Assembly (NCBI RefSeq): GCF_009834535.1
Contig: NC_045717.1
Location: 20,646,001-20,710,000 of the forward strand
Length of the DNA stretch: 64,000 nucleotides
DNA from: Camelus ferus
Lineage: Eukaryota
Direction of reading: 5' to 3'
Below, in pieces: positions 16,936 through 28,599 of this stretch (positions within the stretch are counted from its first letter, which is position 1; each line of letters starts with the position of its first letter). The position numbers and the translations under genes were made by a program. Under the pieces are notes generated by a model, which was not told the DNA's origin, did not search any database, and saw only the letters and a program-made list of their open reading frames with translations.

Positions 16936-19639
16936 TTGGAATTCTTTTTTAATAAACTTATTGAAGTAAAATTGATATGCCACAAAATTTTCATCCATGT
17001 TAAGCATAAAAATCAATGTTTTTTAGAAAATTTGCCAAGTTGTGCAACTATCATCACAATCCAGTTTTAGAAGATTTCCATCACTCCAATAAGAATCCTC
17101 ATACCTGTTTACATTTAATCCCATTCCTGCCTCCAACCCCAGGCAACCACGACTCTATTTTCTGTCTCTGTAGGTTTGCCTCTTATGGACATGACATGTA
17201 ATGGACCATGCAATTTGTGATATTTTGCATCTGACTTCTTTCACCTAGCATATTTGTTTTGAGTTTCATCATGTTATTATGTGTATCAGTATTTTGTTCT
17301 TTTTAACTGCTGCGCTATATTCCACTGTATGGAAGAACCATATTTTGCTTAGCCATTCATCAGCTGATGGACATTTGAATTGTTTGCACTTTGGGACTAT
17401 TGTGAAAAATGCCGTTATGAGCATTCACACACACGTCTCTGTGTGGACATAGGTGCTCATTTCTCTTGGGTAGATACCTGGAGTCAAATTTCTGGGTCAC
17501 ATAGTAAGTTTATGCTTGCTTTTCTAAGAAACTGCCAAACTGTTTCCCAAAGTGTCAGTACCATTGTGTATTCAAGGTTGGGATTATTAACATACCATTT
17601 TACAGATGATGAAACATGCTGAGAACAGTCAGGTGGTTTGCCAAAAGTCTACTTGTGTTGTCAGGTGTTGGGTTTGAGATTCAAATCTGATTTTTTGTTT
17701 TAGAGTATGTGCTATTAAAACTTACACCACAGATGCCACTGGCAATGAGTCACACCCACACAACTTCATTTCTCTTTTGTGACAGATTTAACTATTCCTG
17801 GATGAGACATTTAGGTGGATGTCGGATCCCTGAATTTGGGGCAGTACATTTGCTTTGTAGACAAATGAGAAAAATGGCCAGAATGTGAGGATGGGGAGAT
17901 AGATTAGAAACCCTTTGAAGATGGCTAATGAAATGATAGGTCCAGGCAACAGTCCATGGATGATCAAACCATTAGGGGACAGTTGGATAGGGAACTGACA
18001 AAGGCAGGACCCAGCTGATGGCATGTGAACCCCTTGATCCGTCTTAGTCATCAGTAAAAGAGAGATAGCCAGACATCATGTCCTCCTGGTGAAAGTTTCC
18101 AGCACCACCTACAAAGAATTGAAGCCCAAAATATCAATCTGGAATTTGGGGACAAAGGAACATGTTAAATGACATAGAGGGATGCCATCAGCCAATTTTA
18201 AACTATGGGAAACCCTGGAGGGCAAATAACCTGGCTCCTTAAACAAATGAATTAAATAAAAAGAAAGGAAAGGAAAGGAAAGGAAATAGGGAGAAGGAAA
18301 TCTTGTTAAACAAGGTTGAATAGGTTTATCCTGGTTAACCAATGAATTTAACCAGGTTAAACAAACTTGTTAAATAGTACTTCAGAGATTCATTAACAAA
18401 ATGCCATATGAAGACCTCATTTGGATTCTGACTCAAGCAAGTAACACATCGGAAAAGAAAACTGACACCTGAAACTAACAAAACATTGTAAATCAACGAT
18501 ACTTCAATTAAAAAAAAAGAAAGCCGAGACGGGGAAATTTTAACAGATTGATACTTTTGATAAGTATGATCATTGTGGTTAAGTTAAAAAAAAGTGTTGC
18601 TTTCTTTTTAAGATGAAAAGTGGAGTATTTACAAATGAAACAGTGTGATATCCCCTGATTTTCCTAAAAATACCCAGTGAGTAATAGTTGATTCAGACAA
18701 ATGGATGCTAAATGAGTAAAAGTTTGATGAGGAACAGAATACCCACAGAGTCTCAAAGTACCTCCCCACAAGATAGTTAATTTCAAAGGAGGAAATAGTT
18801 ACTTTCAAGTGGAGAAACTTGGCAGATACCTCCAAGTGATCAAAGACAACATTGCTAGTAATGGAACTAATTGAGAAAGACACACACTTCTGTCATTATT
18901 TCTGCCAAAGATGCATAACCTGAATCTTAATTGGGAGGAAACATCAGGCAAACCCACGTTGAAGGACATCCTACCAAATTACTGACCTACATTTTTCCAA
19001 AACGTCAAAGTCCCAGAAGACAAAGAAAGGTTCAGAAATTGTTCCGATTGAAGGAAACTAAAAAGAAAACTGAATGCAACAAGTGAGCTGGGATTTTCTG
19101 CTATAAAGGTGGGTAATAAGACAATTGGTGAAGGCTGATTAAGGTTTGTAGATTTGCTGATTTTGATAACTTTACTGAGGGGATATAAGAGAATGCCTTG
19201 TCCTTGGGAAATACAAGGAGTATTCAGGTAGATGTATATATGAATAGATAGATAGGTAGTCAGATAGAAAGGCAGACAGGAGCCTGGACTGCTAGTAAGT
19301 GGGCATCCATCCTTCTTACCCAGGACAAATTTCCCCTGAAATCCTTACGTATAAGAAAGAACTCAATATCTCTAAGTTACTAATATCGCATTTTGTCATC
19401 AGCAGCTGAGCCTGATCTTGATATCATTATTAAAAGAAATATTCAAAAATCATGAAATGATATGTGGAAGCTATAATGTCATTCACAATCACAGTAATGG
19501 TAAGACATGAATTTTTGCTGAAATGGTGGTAAAATGCTGAGAGAGTTCAGCTGCCCAGAGGCTGCAGAAACCAGGTATATGGAATCTAGAATTGTGCTGC
19601 CAGTACTGTAGCTAATAGCCACAAGCGGCTATTCACATC

Positions 19640-19782
19640 TATTTATTTAGTTTTCTGGGGGGAGGTAATTTGGCTTATTTATTTAATTTATTTTTATCTT
19701 TTTAATGGAGGTACTAGGGATTGAACCCAGGACCTCGTGCATGCTAAGCAGACACTCTACCACTGAAGTAAATCCTTCCCCT
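19640..19782 (-). mobile_element. vic-1-like SINE interrupting a MER3-like hAT element (about 19590-19870)
   Basis: SINE head and tail on minus. The flanks resemble the MER3 consensus as recalled (tagccac..gtggcta; agaaagttct...gacagcg). Confidence 0.7.
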
Positions 19783-19925
19783 ACATTTAAGTTAAAGTTA
19801 AAATTCAGCTTCACACTCGCCACCTTTAACACGCTAAATGGCCACAGAAAGTTCTACTAGACAGCGTTGCTCTAGATTATGGAGTCTAGAACGTTTCTCA
19901 GCAGATGGTCCCATGATTCTTTTCA

Positions 19926-20165
19926 GTGAGGAAGGTATACAAGTCAGTGATAGAGCACATGCTTGGCATGCATGAGGTCCTGGGTTCAATCTCCAGAACC
20001 TCCATTAACAAACAATAATAATAAATAAATAAACAACACCAGAAATTAACACAACATTGTAAACCGACTATATGTCAGAAAAACTTTTTTAATTTTAAGA
20101 AAGAACTTAATAAATAAGTAACTAAATAAATAAACAAACCTAATTACCCCCCAAAAAAACAGAAG
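19926..20165 (+). mobile_element. vic-1-like SINE with a nested L1 3' tail, inside a MER5-like element
   Basis: SINE head about 19930-20005. L1 terminal motif CACCAGAAATTAACACAACATTGTAAACCGACTAT from 20037, with TSD AAATAAATAAACAA at 20023-20036 and 20124-20137. Confidence 0.75.
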
Positions 20166-22279
20166 AGAGGGGTTTTCTTTTTAATTAAAAAAAAAGATTT
20201 TTTTCTAACATCATTGGGGCTTGGCAAAAAATACGCATTGCTAAGGTCAGTGGAGACCTACTCAGTCAGCATCACTGTGGCATTTCAACAGGTTCTTTCA
20301 GGTGATTCTGATGCTCCCTAATAGCCAACCACCTCTGCAGGGAAAAAAGAGGGGAAAGCCATCTCACATCCCTACAGGTTGGGCTATTCCACTCTAGGCT
20401 CCGAGGTTTGAGAGATATTAGCAAAGTAGCTCTTCAGACTAGGAAAGGATCAGATGTGATTGCAGCCTTCAGTCAAGGATTGCCCGGGTTCAAATCCAGG
20501 CCCCTTTCACTCACATACTACACAACCTTGGGCATGTTAACTTGATCTCTCTGTGCCTCGGTTTCCTTCCTTGTCAGAGTGCCAATAATACTGCCTTCTC
20601 TGCAGACCACAGAACCCCAAAACTGTTGCTTTCTCTATTTTATTCTCTTCACAGCACTTAATACTCTCATTTGCTTTGACTTTCTTTCGGCATTTATTGA
20701 GCACCTCCTTCATGACGGCTGGCCGCTGTTCTGAGCCCTGGGGCCGAGGAGGGAATAAGACAGACAAAAACCCCTGCTGTCATGGGGCTGACATTCTTAA
20801 GGGGGAAATAGAAAACAAACAAGATAAAGAAACAAAATGTGTTGCATGTAGCTAGGGAAAGAGGGAGAATTTTTTTTAATGCCTGCAGGGCATAACCAGA
20901 GGCCTCACCCAGGGTGTGATATTTGTATACAGACCTGAAGGAGGAGAATCACAAAGATGTCTGGAGGAAGATCACTCCAGGCAGAGGGAACAGCACGTGC
21001 AAAGGCCCTTCAGTGGGAACATGCTGAGTATGATGAAAGATGCCAGAGACAGTGGTGAATAAGATGCTGTCCTACCTTGTGCTTGTATTTTAATTAGGGG
21101 AGATATAAATTAATCTATATTGCACTGCTAGGTGATAAGCAGGTGAGGAGCTAGAGAGAGGGAAGAAGGTAGTCAGGGCAGGATTCTCTGAGGAGGTGGC
21201 GTGTGAGCAGAGGCCTGAAGGAGGAGGTGAAGGAAGCACGTGGGTATTTGGGAGAAATTTGTTGACTCTGGCCTGGCCTGGCCTGTACCTCTTCCTCCTC
21301 CTAACCCCAGCTCAGGGCTCAGATTTCCAAACAGAGGTTGTCTCTGAACTGCTGGAGGAAGGGAAATTCCGATGTGGGGTGCAGGCGTCAGCCCTGGGCT
21401 GCTGTCTGCCCCACTCCTTCTCTCCCACTGGCTGCCCTGGCTTTGTTGGGTGGAGCGTCAGCTTGAGGGCCTGGGTTCCCCATCAAAGCTCCAGATCTAT
21501 CTTCAAAGGAGCCACTGGGTCCTGTGACTGTGGGCAAAGGAGGGAGTGTTACCCTAGAGCTGAGCTAGGGACCCACCTGTTAGCTGCATCCCAGCTGGGC
21601 ATCTCCTGGTTCCCGGTGGGGCTGGCCACTCCTTCCAAGGCAAAGAGGTGGGTGAGGATCCTTTCTCTGGCTCAGTGGTGGAGCTGGTGGGATCAAGAGT
21701 CAGCCTGCCTGAGTTCAAAGCTGAATAGGCACTGCCCCAACTGGCTGTGTGGCCCTGAGCAGCTCACTTAACTTCTCTGAACCCACATCTCCGTAAAAGA
21801 AGTTTCTAAAAATTCCCACCTCCTGTTTGTCTTCAAGCCTGAAAAGTGCGTGATGAAGTCCGGCCATTCCTTTGGGGAATCCTGAGCTTTAGAGGGATAT
21901 CTGGGCCTGTGTTTCCCAAGACCATCTCTCCAGCTCCCTGGGAGGGACGTGTTCTTGGAACGAAGAAGGGGGTCCCCACCACCTGTCAGGTTCTCTCTAA
22001 GAAGGAAAGCAGGGAGTCCCTGGGCCTAATTAATCCCTGGGAGGGGCCAGACAATTACCCTAGGGAGAAATTGGCATTTACTATTTTCTCAGAAGCCACT
22101 GCAACCTTGGCTCTGGCAGGGCTGGGGATGAGGGCACGGAACAGGAAGGGTGGCAAAGGATGAGCTGTCTGGCTAGCAGCCACCCTCTCCTGTTCCATCC
22201 ACCCCCAGCCAGGGGTGCTCCTTGGGGAACGGCCACCTTAAGCCTAAAAAGACAACCACCAGAAAAAGAAGTTTAACCG

Positions 22280-22285
22280 TTTATT
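22280..22285 (-). terminator. S1PR2: S1PR2 polyadenylation signal (AATAAA)
   Basis: Plus strand TTTATT at 22280-22285, about 1.4 kb downstream of the stop codon, followed on the minus strand by a U-rich tract. Confidence 0.7.
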
Positions 22286-22588
22286 GGCCTGGGCCTGGGT
22301 CTCGGGCATGAGGAGCATCCGGGGAGCTGTATGAGGGGAGACAAGCCCTCAAGTGGCTCCTTGCCCCCCAAAGACCCCCTCCCCCAGCCTTTGCAGTCAC
22401 AAGAAATCACTTTGAGGCATGAGGTTTTTCCTCCCCAAGGTGAGCTGCACTTCAGCTCTCAAGCAGGGAGCTAAGCCAGCAATCACAAAGGGGTCTGTCC
22501 AGGGCCAGACCCCTCTTTGGCAGCTTCAACACAGACACGAGGAGACAAAAAAAGCATCCATTCTGGGGAAACGTGGTAAGGAGAGGGG

Positions 22589-22590
<2 letters not shown>

Positions 22591-22636
<46 letters not shown>
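22591..22636. repeat. (CA)23 microsatellite in the S1PR2 3' UTR
   Basis: Read directly. Confidence 0.97.
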
Positions 22637-22640
<4 letters not shown>

Positions 22641-23702
22641 TGAACAGACACTGACACACATAAATATACATTTGTACCGCAATGTCCCTTCCATCTATCC
22701 ACAGAATTTAGCAAAGTCCTTCTGGAGCAGGTTAAAAGAGAGCATCCCCCAGTTGTCCTTGGCATCCTCACCCCCGTGCTCTGTTCAATACAATTGGAAA
22801 GGAGGCACAGCGGGCTCAAGGCTGCCCTGCCTTAGGAGATCTGGTACCTTGGCTGGGGCTGGAGGTGGGAGTTAGCTTGGGGGTGCTTGTTTTTTGGGGG
22901 GGAGGTAGAGGGTCCTGTACCAACAGCTCCTCCAGAACTTTCTCAAGTTCCACCCTGCCCCACCGGGAGGCCCAGAGCCCTCCTCAGGCCCCCAGACCAG
23001 TTTTTCCAGCCCTTGGCGATCCCTCTGTGCCCCAAATAGTGCAACTGGCCAATGAGGTCTGAGAATGGGGTTTAGCCTCCCACCCCTATGTGGTTTCCTG
23101 GCATCTAGCAGAATGGGAAGAAAGGGAAGAAGTTGCCAAAGTGGCAGCTGGTGAAATTTAGGGAAGCTGCGGATTTGTGCCCAGGAACCGCTAGGCGGGG
23201 CTACCCAGAACAGTCAGAGAGGAGGCCTCCAGCCCCTGAGGACAGTGGTTCCAGGGAAGTTGCCTGAGGTTGCCAGAAGGTGGCAAGGTGGGGTGAAGTC
23301 TGAGAGGTGACTCTGGCACAGGGCAGATGATCAGACAGTTGTGAAATGCTGAAATCCTTTGTACCAGGTTGTAAATTGCTCCTGTGCTGTGCTCCTCTTG
23401 AGCACCTGTCTGCTGTCACCTGGGCCCTTTCCAGGTCCCCCCAGCCTCCCGCCTTGTCCTCATGATCCAGTTCCGAGGAGGTCACGCCGGCCACTGTGCT
23501 GGCCTCCAGGCCCCTGCCACAGCTCTGCCATCCAACTGGTCAGTGCCTCAGTCGGCCGTCCCAGATGTGAAGTATCTTCAACATCACCCAAGTCTCTGGA
23601 ATGGGGGCATCTTGCTTGGCAGCCCCAAGTCTCTCTCCCAGGTCACCTGGCGCTTCTCCACAGAGCCCTTTGCTGTGGCCTGGTTGTTGGCCCACTTGCC
23701 CC

Positions 23703-24761
23703 TCAGACCACCGTGTTGCCCTCCAGAGATGTGGGCGATGTGGGCATGTGCGTGCCCCTCTCCAGTGAGCTGGAGCTGCGGAGGGGCAGGAGGCGGTGGC
23801 CCGGGGTCCCGTCCCGCCGTCCCTGCACCCCTGCCGCCCGGTGCCAGCACTGCAGCGGCCGTAACACCTCCCGCCGCAGGTCCCGGCTGCGCCACGTGTA
23901 GATGACAGGGTTGAGCAGCGAGTTGAGGGTGGCAAAGGCAAAGAAGTAGTGGGCCTTGTAGAGGATAGGGCAGGCCCGGACAGGACAGGCATAGTCCAGG
24001 AGGAGGATGCTAAAGGCGGGCAGCCAGCAGACAATGAAGACACCTAGCACGAAGGTGACTGTCTTGAGCAGGGCCAGCGTCTGCGGGCCAGCCACATCAG
24101 CCTGGCTGGAGCGCACCACGCAGTAGATGCGGATGTACAGAGCTACAATGGCCAGTAAGATGACAGAGAAGATGCTTACCACGCAGAGCACGTAGGGCTT
24201 GGCGTAGAGTGGCAGAACGGTGGAGCAAGCTTCCAGGTGGCCCAGGCAATTCCAGCCCAGGATGGGCAGCCCGCCGAGAACCAGCGAGATGAGCCACGAG
24301 GCCGCGATGAGCAGCAGCATGCGGCAGCTCTTGTCGCTGCCGTAGGGCTTGACCTTGGCAATGGCCACGTGCCGCTCAATGGCTATGGCCAGGAGGCTGA
24401 AGACAGAGGCAGAGAGCGTGATGAAGGCCGAGCCCTCACGGGCAAACCACTGCACAGGTGTCAGCCCGAACGTGAAACGGCCAGAGAGCAAGGTATTGGC
24501 GATGAAGGCCGCACCCGCCAGCAGGTCTGAGGCAGCCAGGTTGCCCAGGAACAGGTACATGGCCGAGTGGAACTTGCTGTTGCGCGCGACTGCGATGAGT
24601 ACCAGCAGGTTCTCCACCACGATGGCGCAGCAGAGGATGATGATGAGGGCTGAGGCCACCTGGCGGGAGGGCGTCTCCCGCGTGTCCAGCGTCTCCTTGG
24701 TGTGATTATAGTGTTCCCGAACCTTGCTGGGGCTTAGGTACTCTGAGTACAGGTTGCCCAT
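23703..24761 (-). CDS. S1PR2: Sphingosine-1-phosphate receptor 2 (7TM GPCR, 352 aa, single coding exon)
   Basis: Intact ORF MGNLYSEYL...EGNTVV with R108/E109 ligand residues, ERH motif, CWLP, NPVIY and C-terminal TVV. Strong Kozak ACCATGG. Exon 2 acceptor ctgcag|C at 24803. Confidence 0.99.
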   Translation of the reverse strand: MGNLYSEYLSPSKVREHYNHTKETLDTRETPSRQVASALIIILCCAIVVENLLVLIAVARNSKFHSAMYLFLGNLAASDLLAGAAFIANTLLSGRFTFGLTPVQWFAREGSAFITLSASVFSLLAIAIERHVAIAKVKPYGSDKSCRMLLLIAASWLISLVLGGLPILGWNCLGHLEACSTVLPLYAKPYVLCVVSIFSVILLAIVALYIRIYCVVRSSQADVAGPQTLALLKTVTFVLGVFIVCWLPAFSILLLDYACPVRACPILYKAHYFFAFATLNSLLNPVIYTWRSRDLRREVLRPLQCWHRAAGVQGRRDGTPGHRLLPLRSSSSLERGTHMPTSPTSLEGNTVV

Positions 24762-26637
24762 GGTGGGGCTCAGTGGCCAGCTGGGGCCATGGGGCTGTCA
24801 AAGCTGCAGAGAGAAAAGACAGACAGACAGACAGGTCAGTGCTGTGGCTGCTGCCTGGCCTGACTCTGGATGGCTGTGGTTCTAGTCTCAGCCCTGTCAC
24901 TCCCTGCTGAGTGGCCACGTGGTCAGAATTATCATCGTCTCTGCTTTACAAAGGGGAACCCCAGAGAGGTTAATTTACTTTCCCAAAGCCTCAATGCTAG
25001 TAAAGTGGCAGAGCCTCAGAGACCCGCTCCAATGCCTCTATATCCTCTAGGCTACACTGTCTTTCAGAGGAACAGAAGCTCCCCGCAAAGAGCATGAGAA
25101 ACAAAAGTGGATTTCCGGAAGTCTTACCCACCTACCCAGCGAGGGAGTCTTGGTCAGGACCTGGAGGGCCTGTCTCTTTTCTCGAATACACTGGAGCCTC
25201 GGGCCTCATGCTGCCTGCCAACCTGGGTCAGCAAGATGCTTGCCGCTGATAGTACCATCCCCTGTTCATTACCACCTACTGCCCTGAATTTCAGGCTGTG
25301 TCTAAGCCTTGAGGCCATAGGTGTTCCCAAGATAAGGTCTTGGGGAGACATCAGGGCAGACCTGAGGTTTGAGCATCACAGAGGTCACGTCATCTTTAAG
25401 GACATAGACCTTGCAGGCAATACAGGGTTCAGCCCCACTCCACCTCTGACATGCTGTGGGACCTTGGGCCAAGTCATTAGACACTTGGTCTCTCGGCCTC
25501 AACAGCCTCACCTGTGCAATGGGGAGAAGAAAGCTCACTTCATAGGGGTGATGGGAAAATCCTGTTGAATGATGCATGAGGCACACTTAGCACAGAGCAA
25601 GCACTCAATTAATATTAGCTAATATTAGCTCCCCTCTTCCTGCCATACACACGGCTTGGGACTAGGTGCCCTCTGCCCAATCTCTTGGGAAATGTTAGCC
25701 GGGCAAGATTCCCAGCAGCCTGTTCTCATCAGCACCATCCATCCCTGCCCTGGGACAGAGGGTCCTAGTTGGGTGGGCAGGGCGCTGGCAACCCCCCTCC
25801 CCAGCCAGGATGAATTCCAGATGTGAGGCCCTTGGAACAAACAGGGTGGAGTCCTTGCTCCCCAGGCACATCCGGTGTGGGGAAGGCTGGGAGGGGGTGA
25901 TGGGAATGGGGGAGCCACAGGAGACCATCTGGGAGGTCCTGGCTGCTGGGAGGATGGGGCAGCTGTGTGAGGTCATGTGAGCAGTGAGGGGGCGTGCAGC
26001 CCCGCGGGGAGGGGGAACCGTATTTGCTTCCATGAAAGCCTGAGTCACCCCCCTCTCAAGGAAAACTGAGCCGTGGGGGGAAGGGCAAGAAAAACCGCGT
26101 GGGCAGAGAGGGTGAGAGACAGACATCACGGTGTCCCCTCAGTTTGGGAGGCGGGCGGGTCGGGGCTGGGATCTCGGAGGAACCAGTGCAGTGTCTGCCT
26201 TTACGAGGGCACAAGGGGAGCCTTCCCCAGGTCCCTGGAAACACGCCTGGCAAGGACCACGTGCACACCAGGAGCACTGTTCCAGAAAAGTCTGGTTAGG
26301 CCGGTTCCCAGTGAGCCTGGGAGTGACGAGGGGCTTCCAGGGTAGCCTAACCATCTCCATCCCAGACGCCCCCTTGGAGGGGCGCCCTGGCCCCTGGCCT
26401 GATAGAGGCAGCTGCTCCCCCTGGGCGAAGGGACATCCGTCCTAGTTTGGGAACAGAGAAGGGCTTGTGCGCATCCCCAGAGACAGCCGCCCCGCCCAGA
26501 TCGCCACACAGAGGCCCCTTGTTCCCCTGCCGGACGGGGCCCTGGGTGCCCCAATGCCCTCTGCCCGCTGCAACCGGTTTGGCCCAGGCCTCGGCCTTAC
26601 CAGACTGGCCGTCGGGCTACAAACTGTCCGCGTCCTG

Positions 26638-26729
26638 ATTGGATCATTTTCAATCCCAGGGCATTGAGCAATTCGCCTATTGGCCTGAGCTTTCGATCCT
26701 CGACATTTGATTGGCCCAGTTGGGGGCGC
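26638..26729. promoter_or_regulatory. Triple CCAAT box plus CTCF-like site in the S1PR2 intron
   Basis: ATTGG at 26638, 26679 and 26710. CCAGTTGGGGGCGC at 26716-26729 matches 13/14 of the CTCF core CCASYAGRKGGCRS. Confidence 0.55.
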
Positions 26730-27679
26730 TCTACGGCTAGCCTTACTGATCTGGTCTTTTACAGGCTGTTGGAACTCACTTCTTTCCAAGGACATTGTTA
26801 AGGCTGTGTGGATGTCCCTGGGGAGAGTTCGAACCACGGCCTGACCGCTGGATCACCCCAACCAGATGCCCCCAGGCTGCCCTGGCCTACTGGGCCCCTC
26901 CTGGGGATCATAATTGAGAATCAAGGACCCATTGCAGGTCTGGGAAGCACCCTTGCTGGGAGAAGCGCAGGGTGTGTCGCATGGCTGCCGCTCCCCCCCC
27001 CCCCCCCCGCCCCTTAGACCCCTCTCCAGTCTGGCGGCCAAGAGAAAGATTTATGGGCACTTCCTAGAGAAATAAATGGTTTCAGCCCTCGAATCCCAGG
27101 GACTGACCAAAAAAGTCTGTCTTCTTCCCTGGGGGGAAGACCTTCACTTTGGGCAGCCTCAGAAGGAGGAGCAGCTCTGCTAGTTAGAGAGGGAGAAACT
27201 GATGCCCACAATGCCTGTCTCTTCTCATCTTCTCCACTAGGACCTTGCTTAAGGCAGATTCAGGCTTCCCAGAAAGAGGAAGCAGGGTCCAGAGGTTGGA
27301 GCTGGCAGAATAGCCACCCCCTGGCAAATACAGGCCTTGCCTGCTTCCCCTCTGGTGTCAGGCTCCCAGGCCTGGCTGACACAGTGCCTGTCTCCTGGTC
27401 ACTTCCAGCAAAGGCAGTCCTGCCTCCCTCCCAGAGGCTCTGTAAGAGGTCACTGGGCTCAGAACTGAGGAATGGCCAGGCCTGAAAGGGAGCACGAGGG
27501 ACAAGTGACAGAAGTTGGAGGGAAGAGAAGCGAGACAGACCAAGACTGTTTAGGCAGAGAGTAGGAGAGAGGAAGGCAGGGGGAAGCCTTAGTGACTTTT
27601 AGGAGCCCCTCCTTCAAGTTCCACTGAGGCAGGTCCTGTGGTTACTGTTCCCCTAAGTGCTCTCTGTCCCCTGGCCTCT

Positions 27680-28260
27680 TGCCCTAGGGCAGCACCCTAG
27701 GCTTAGTTTCCCTTCAGTTGTCCCTTACAGTTGTCCCCTACACGCAGCAGCCAGGGAGAGCCTTATAATGTACAATGCCAATATGCCACTCCTCAGCTCC
27801 AAATTCTTCCATGGCTCCCCACTGCCCAAAATGGCCTGGCCCCTGCCCACCTCATCTCCTCCCACTCTCCCCCAGGGTCACTCTACTCCAATCACACTGG
27901 CCTCGGCTATGTCATCCCCATTTCTACCTCAGAGCTTTTGCCTCTTCTGATTCTCCACCTGGGATGCCCTTCCCACAAATCCTGGAATGACTGTCCCATG
28001 TTTCAGGTTTCAGTTTGGAAATCACTTGCTCAAAGGGGCCTCCTCTGACCACCAGGCTACCCTAGCTGCCTTCCTCAGGTCCTTTCTATCACAGCATCTT
28101 TTATTATATTCACAGCACTTGCCAATTTCAGACATTATGATTGTATTTCTTGTTTTCTGTCTGCTTCCATGGTAGAAAGTGACTGACAGAGGCCAGCAAC
28201 TAAGTCTTTTTTTGAGTCCCTAGAGAGATGCCTGGCATACAGAAAGCACTCAGAATAACG
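27680..28260 (+). mobile_element. L2 fragment (other L2 blocks at about 20680-21240, 36500-37990, 41650-42520 and 49560-50400; many MIR cores throughout)
   Basis: Degenerate L2 3' phrases (ctcctcagctccaaa.tcttccatggctcc; tgcctggca..cag..agcactca; gaatgaatga). Boundaries approximate. Confidence 0.65.
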
Positions 28261-28262
28261 TG

Positions 28263-28526
28263 GAGGGGGGGTAAATTTGGCAGCTGGAGATTTGCAAATA
28301 CTAACTACTATATATAAAAATAGATAAAAAAACAAATTTCTTCTGTATAGCACAGGGTTCAGTATGTTCGGTATCTTGTTAAAACTTTTAATGAAAAAGA
28401 ATATGAAAACGAATATATGTATGTATATGCATGACTGGGACACTGTGCTGTACACCAGAGATTGAGACATTGTAACCGACTATACGTCAATTCAAAAAAA
28501 AAAAGAAAGAAACGAAAGAAAAAGAA
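28263..28526 (+). mobile_element. Young cetartiodactyl/camelid L1 3' end inserted into an L2 tail
   Basis: ...ctgtatagcacaggg...aatgaaaaagaatatg...cattgtaaccgactatac plus poly(A). Short TSD AACGTG. Confidence 0.8.
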
Positions 28527-28599
28527 AACGTGTAGGATGGATGGATAGATGAATGAATGAACGGGCAAACAAGGCTCCAGTGGACCCCAGAGAGTGGAG

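Larger units (their letters stand above)
15715..17580 (-). mobile_element. Old L1 3' fragments (L1MA/MB-type) interrupted by SINEs and a gap
   Basis: Reverse L1 3' UTR phrases (cattcttccattgatggacacttaggttgtttcc; atacctagaagtgg-like). Confidence 0.75.

Noticed and set aside
21196-21771. 191-aa plus-strand ORF
   Set aside because: Begins in L2 sequence and ends in a MIR, non-ATG start, no recognisable protein.
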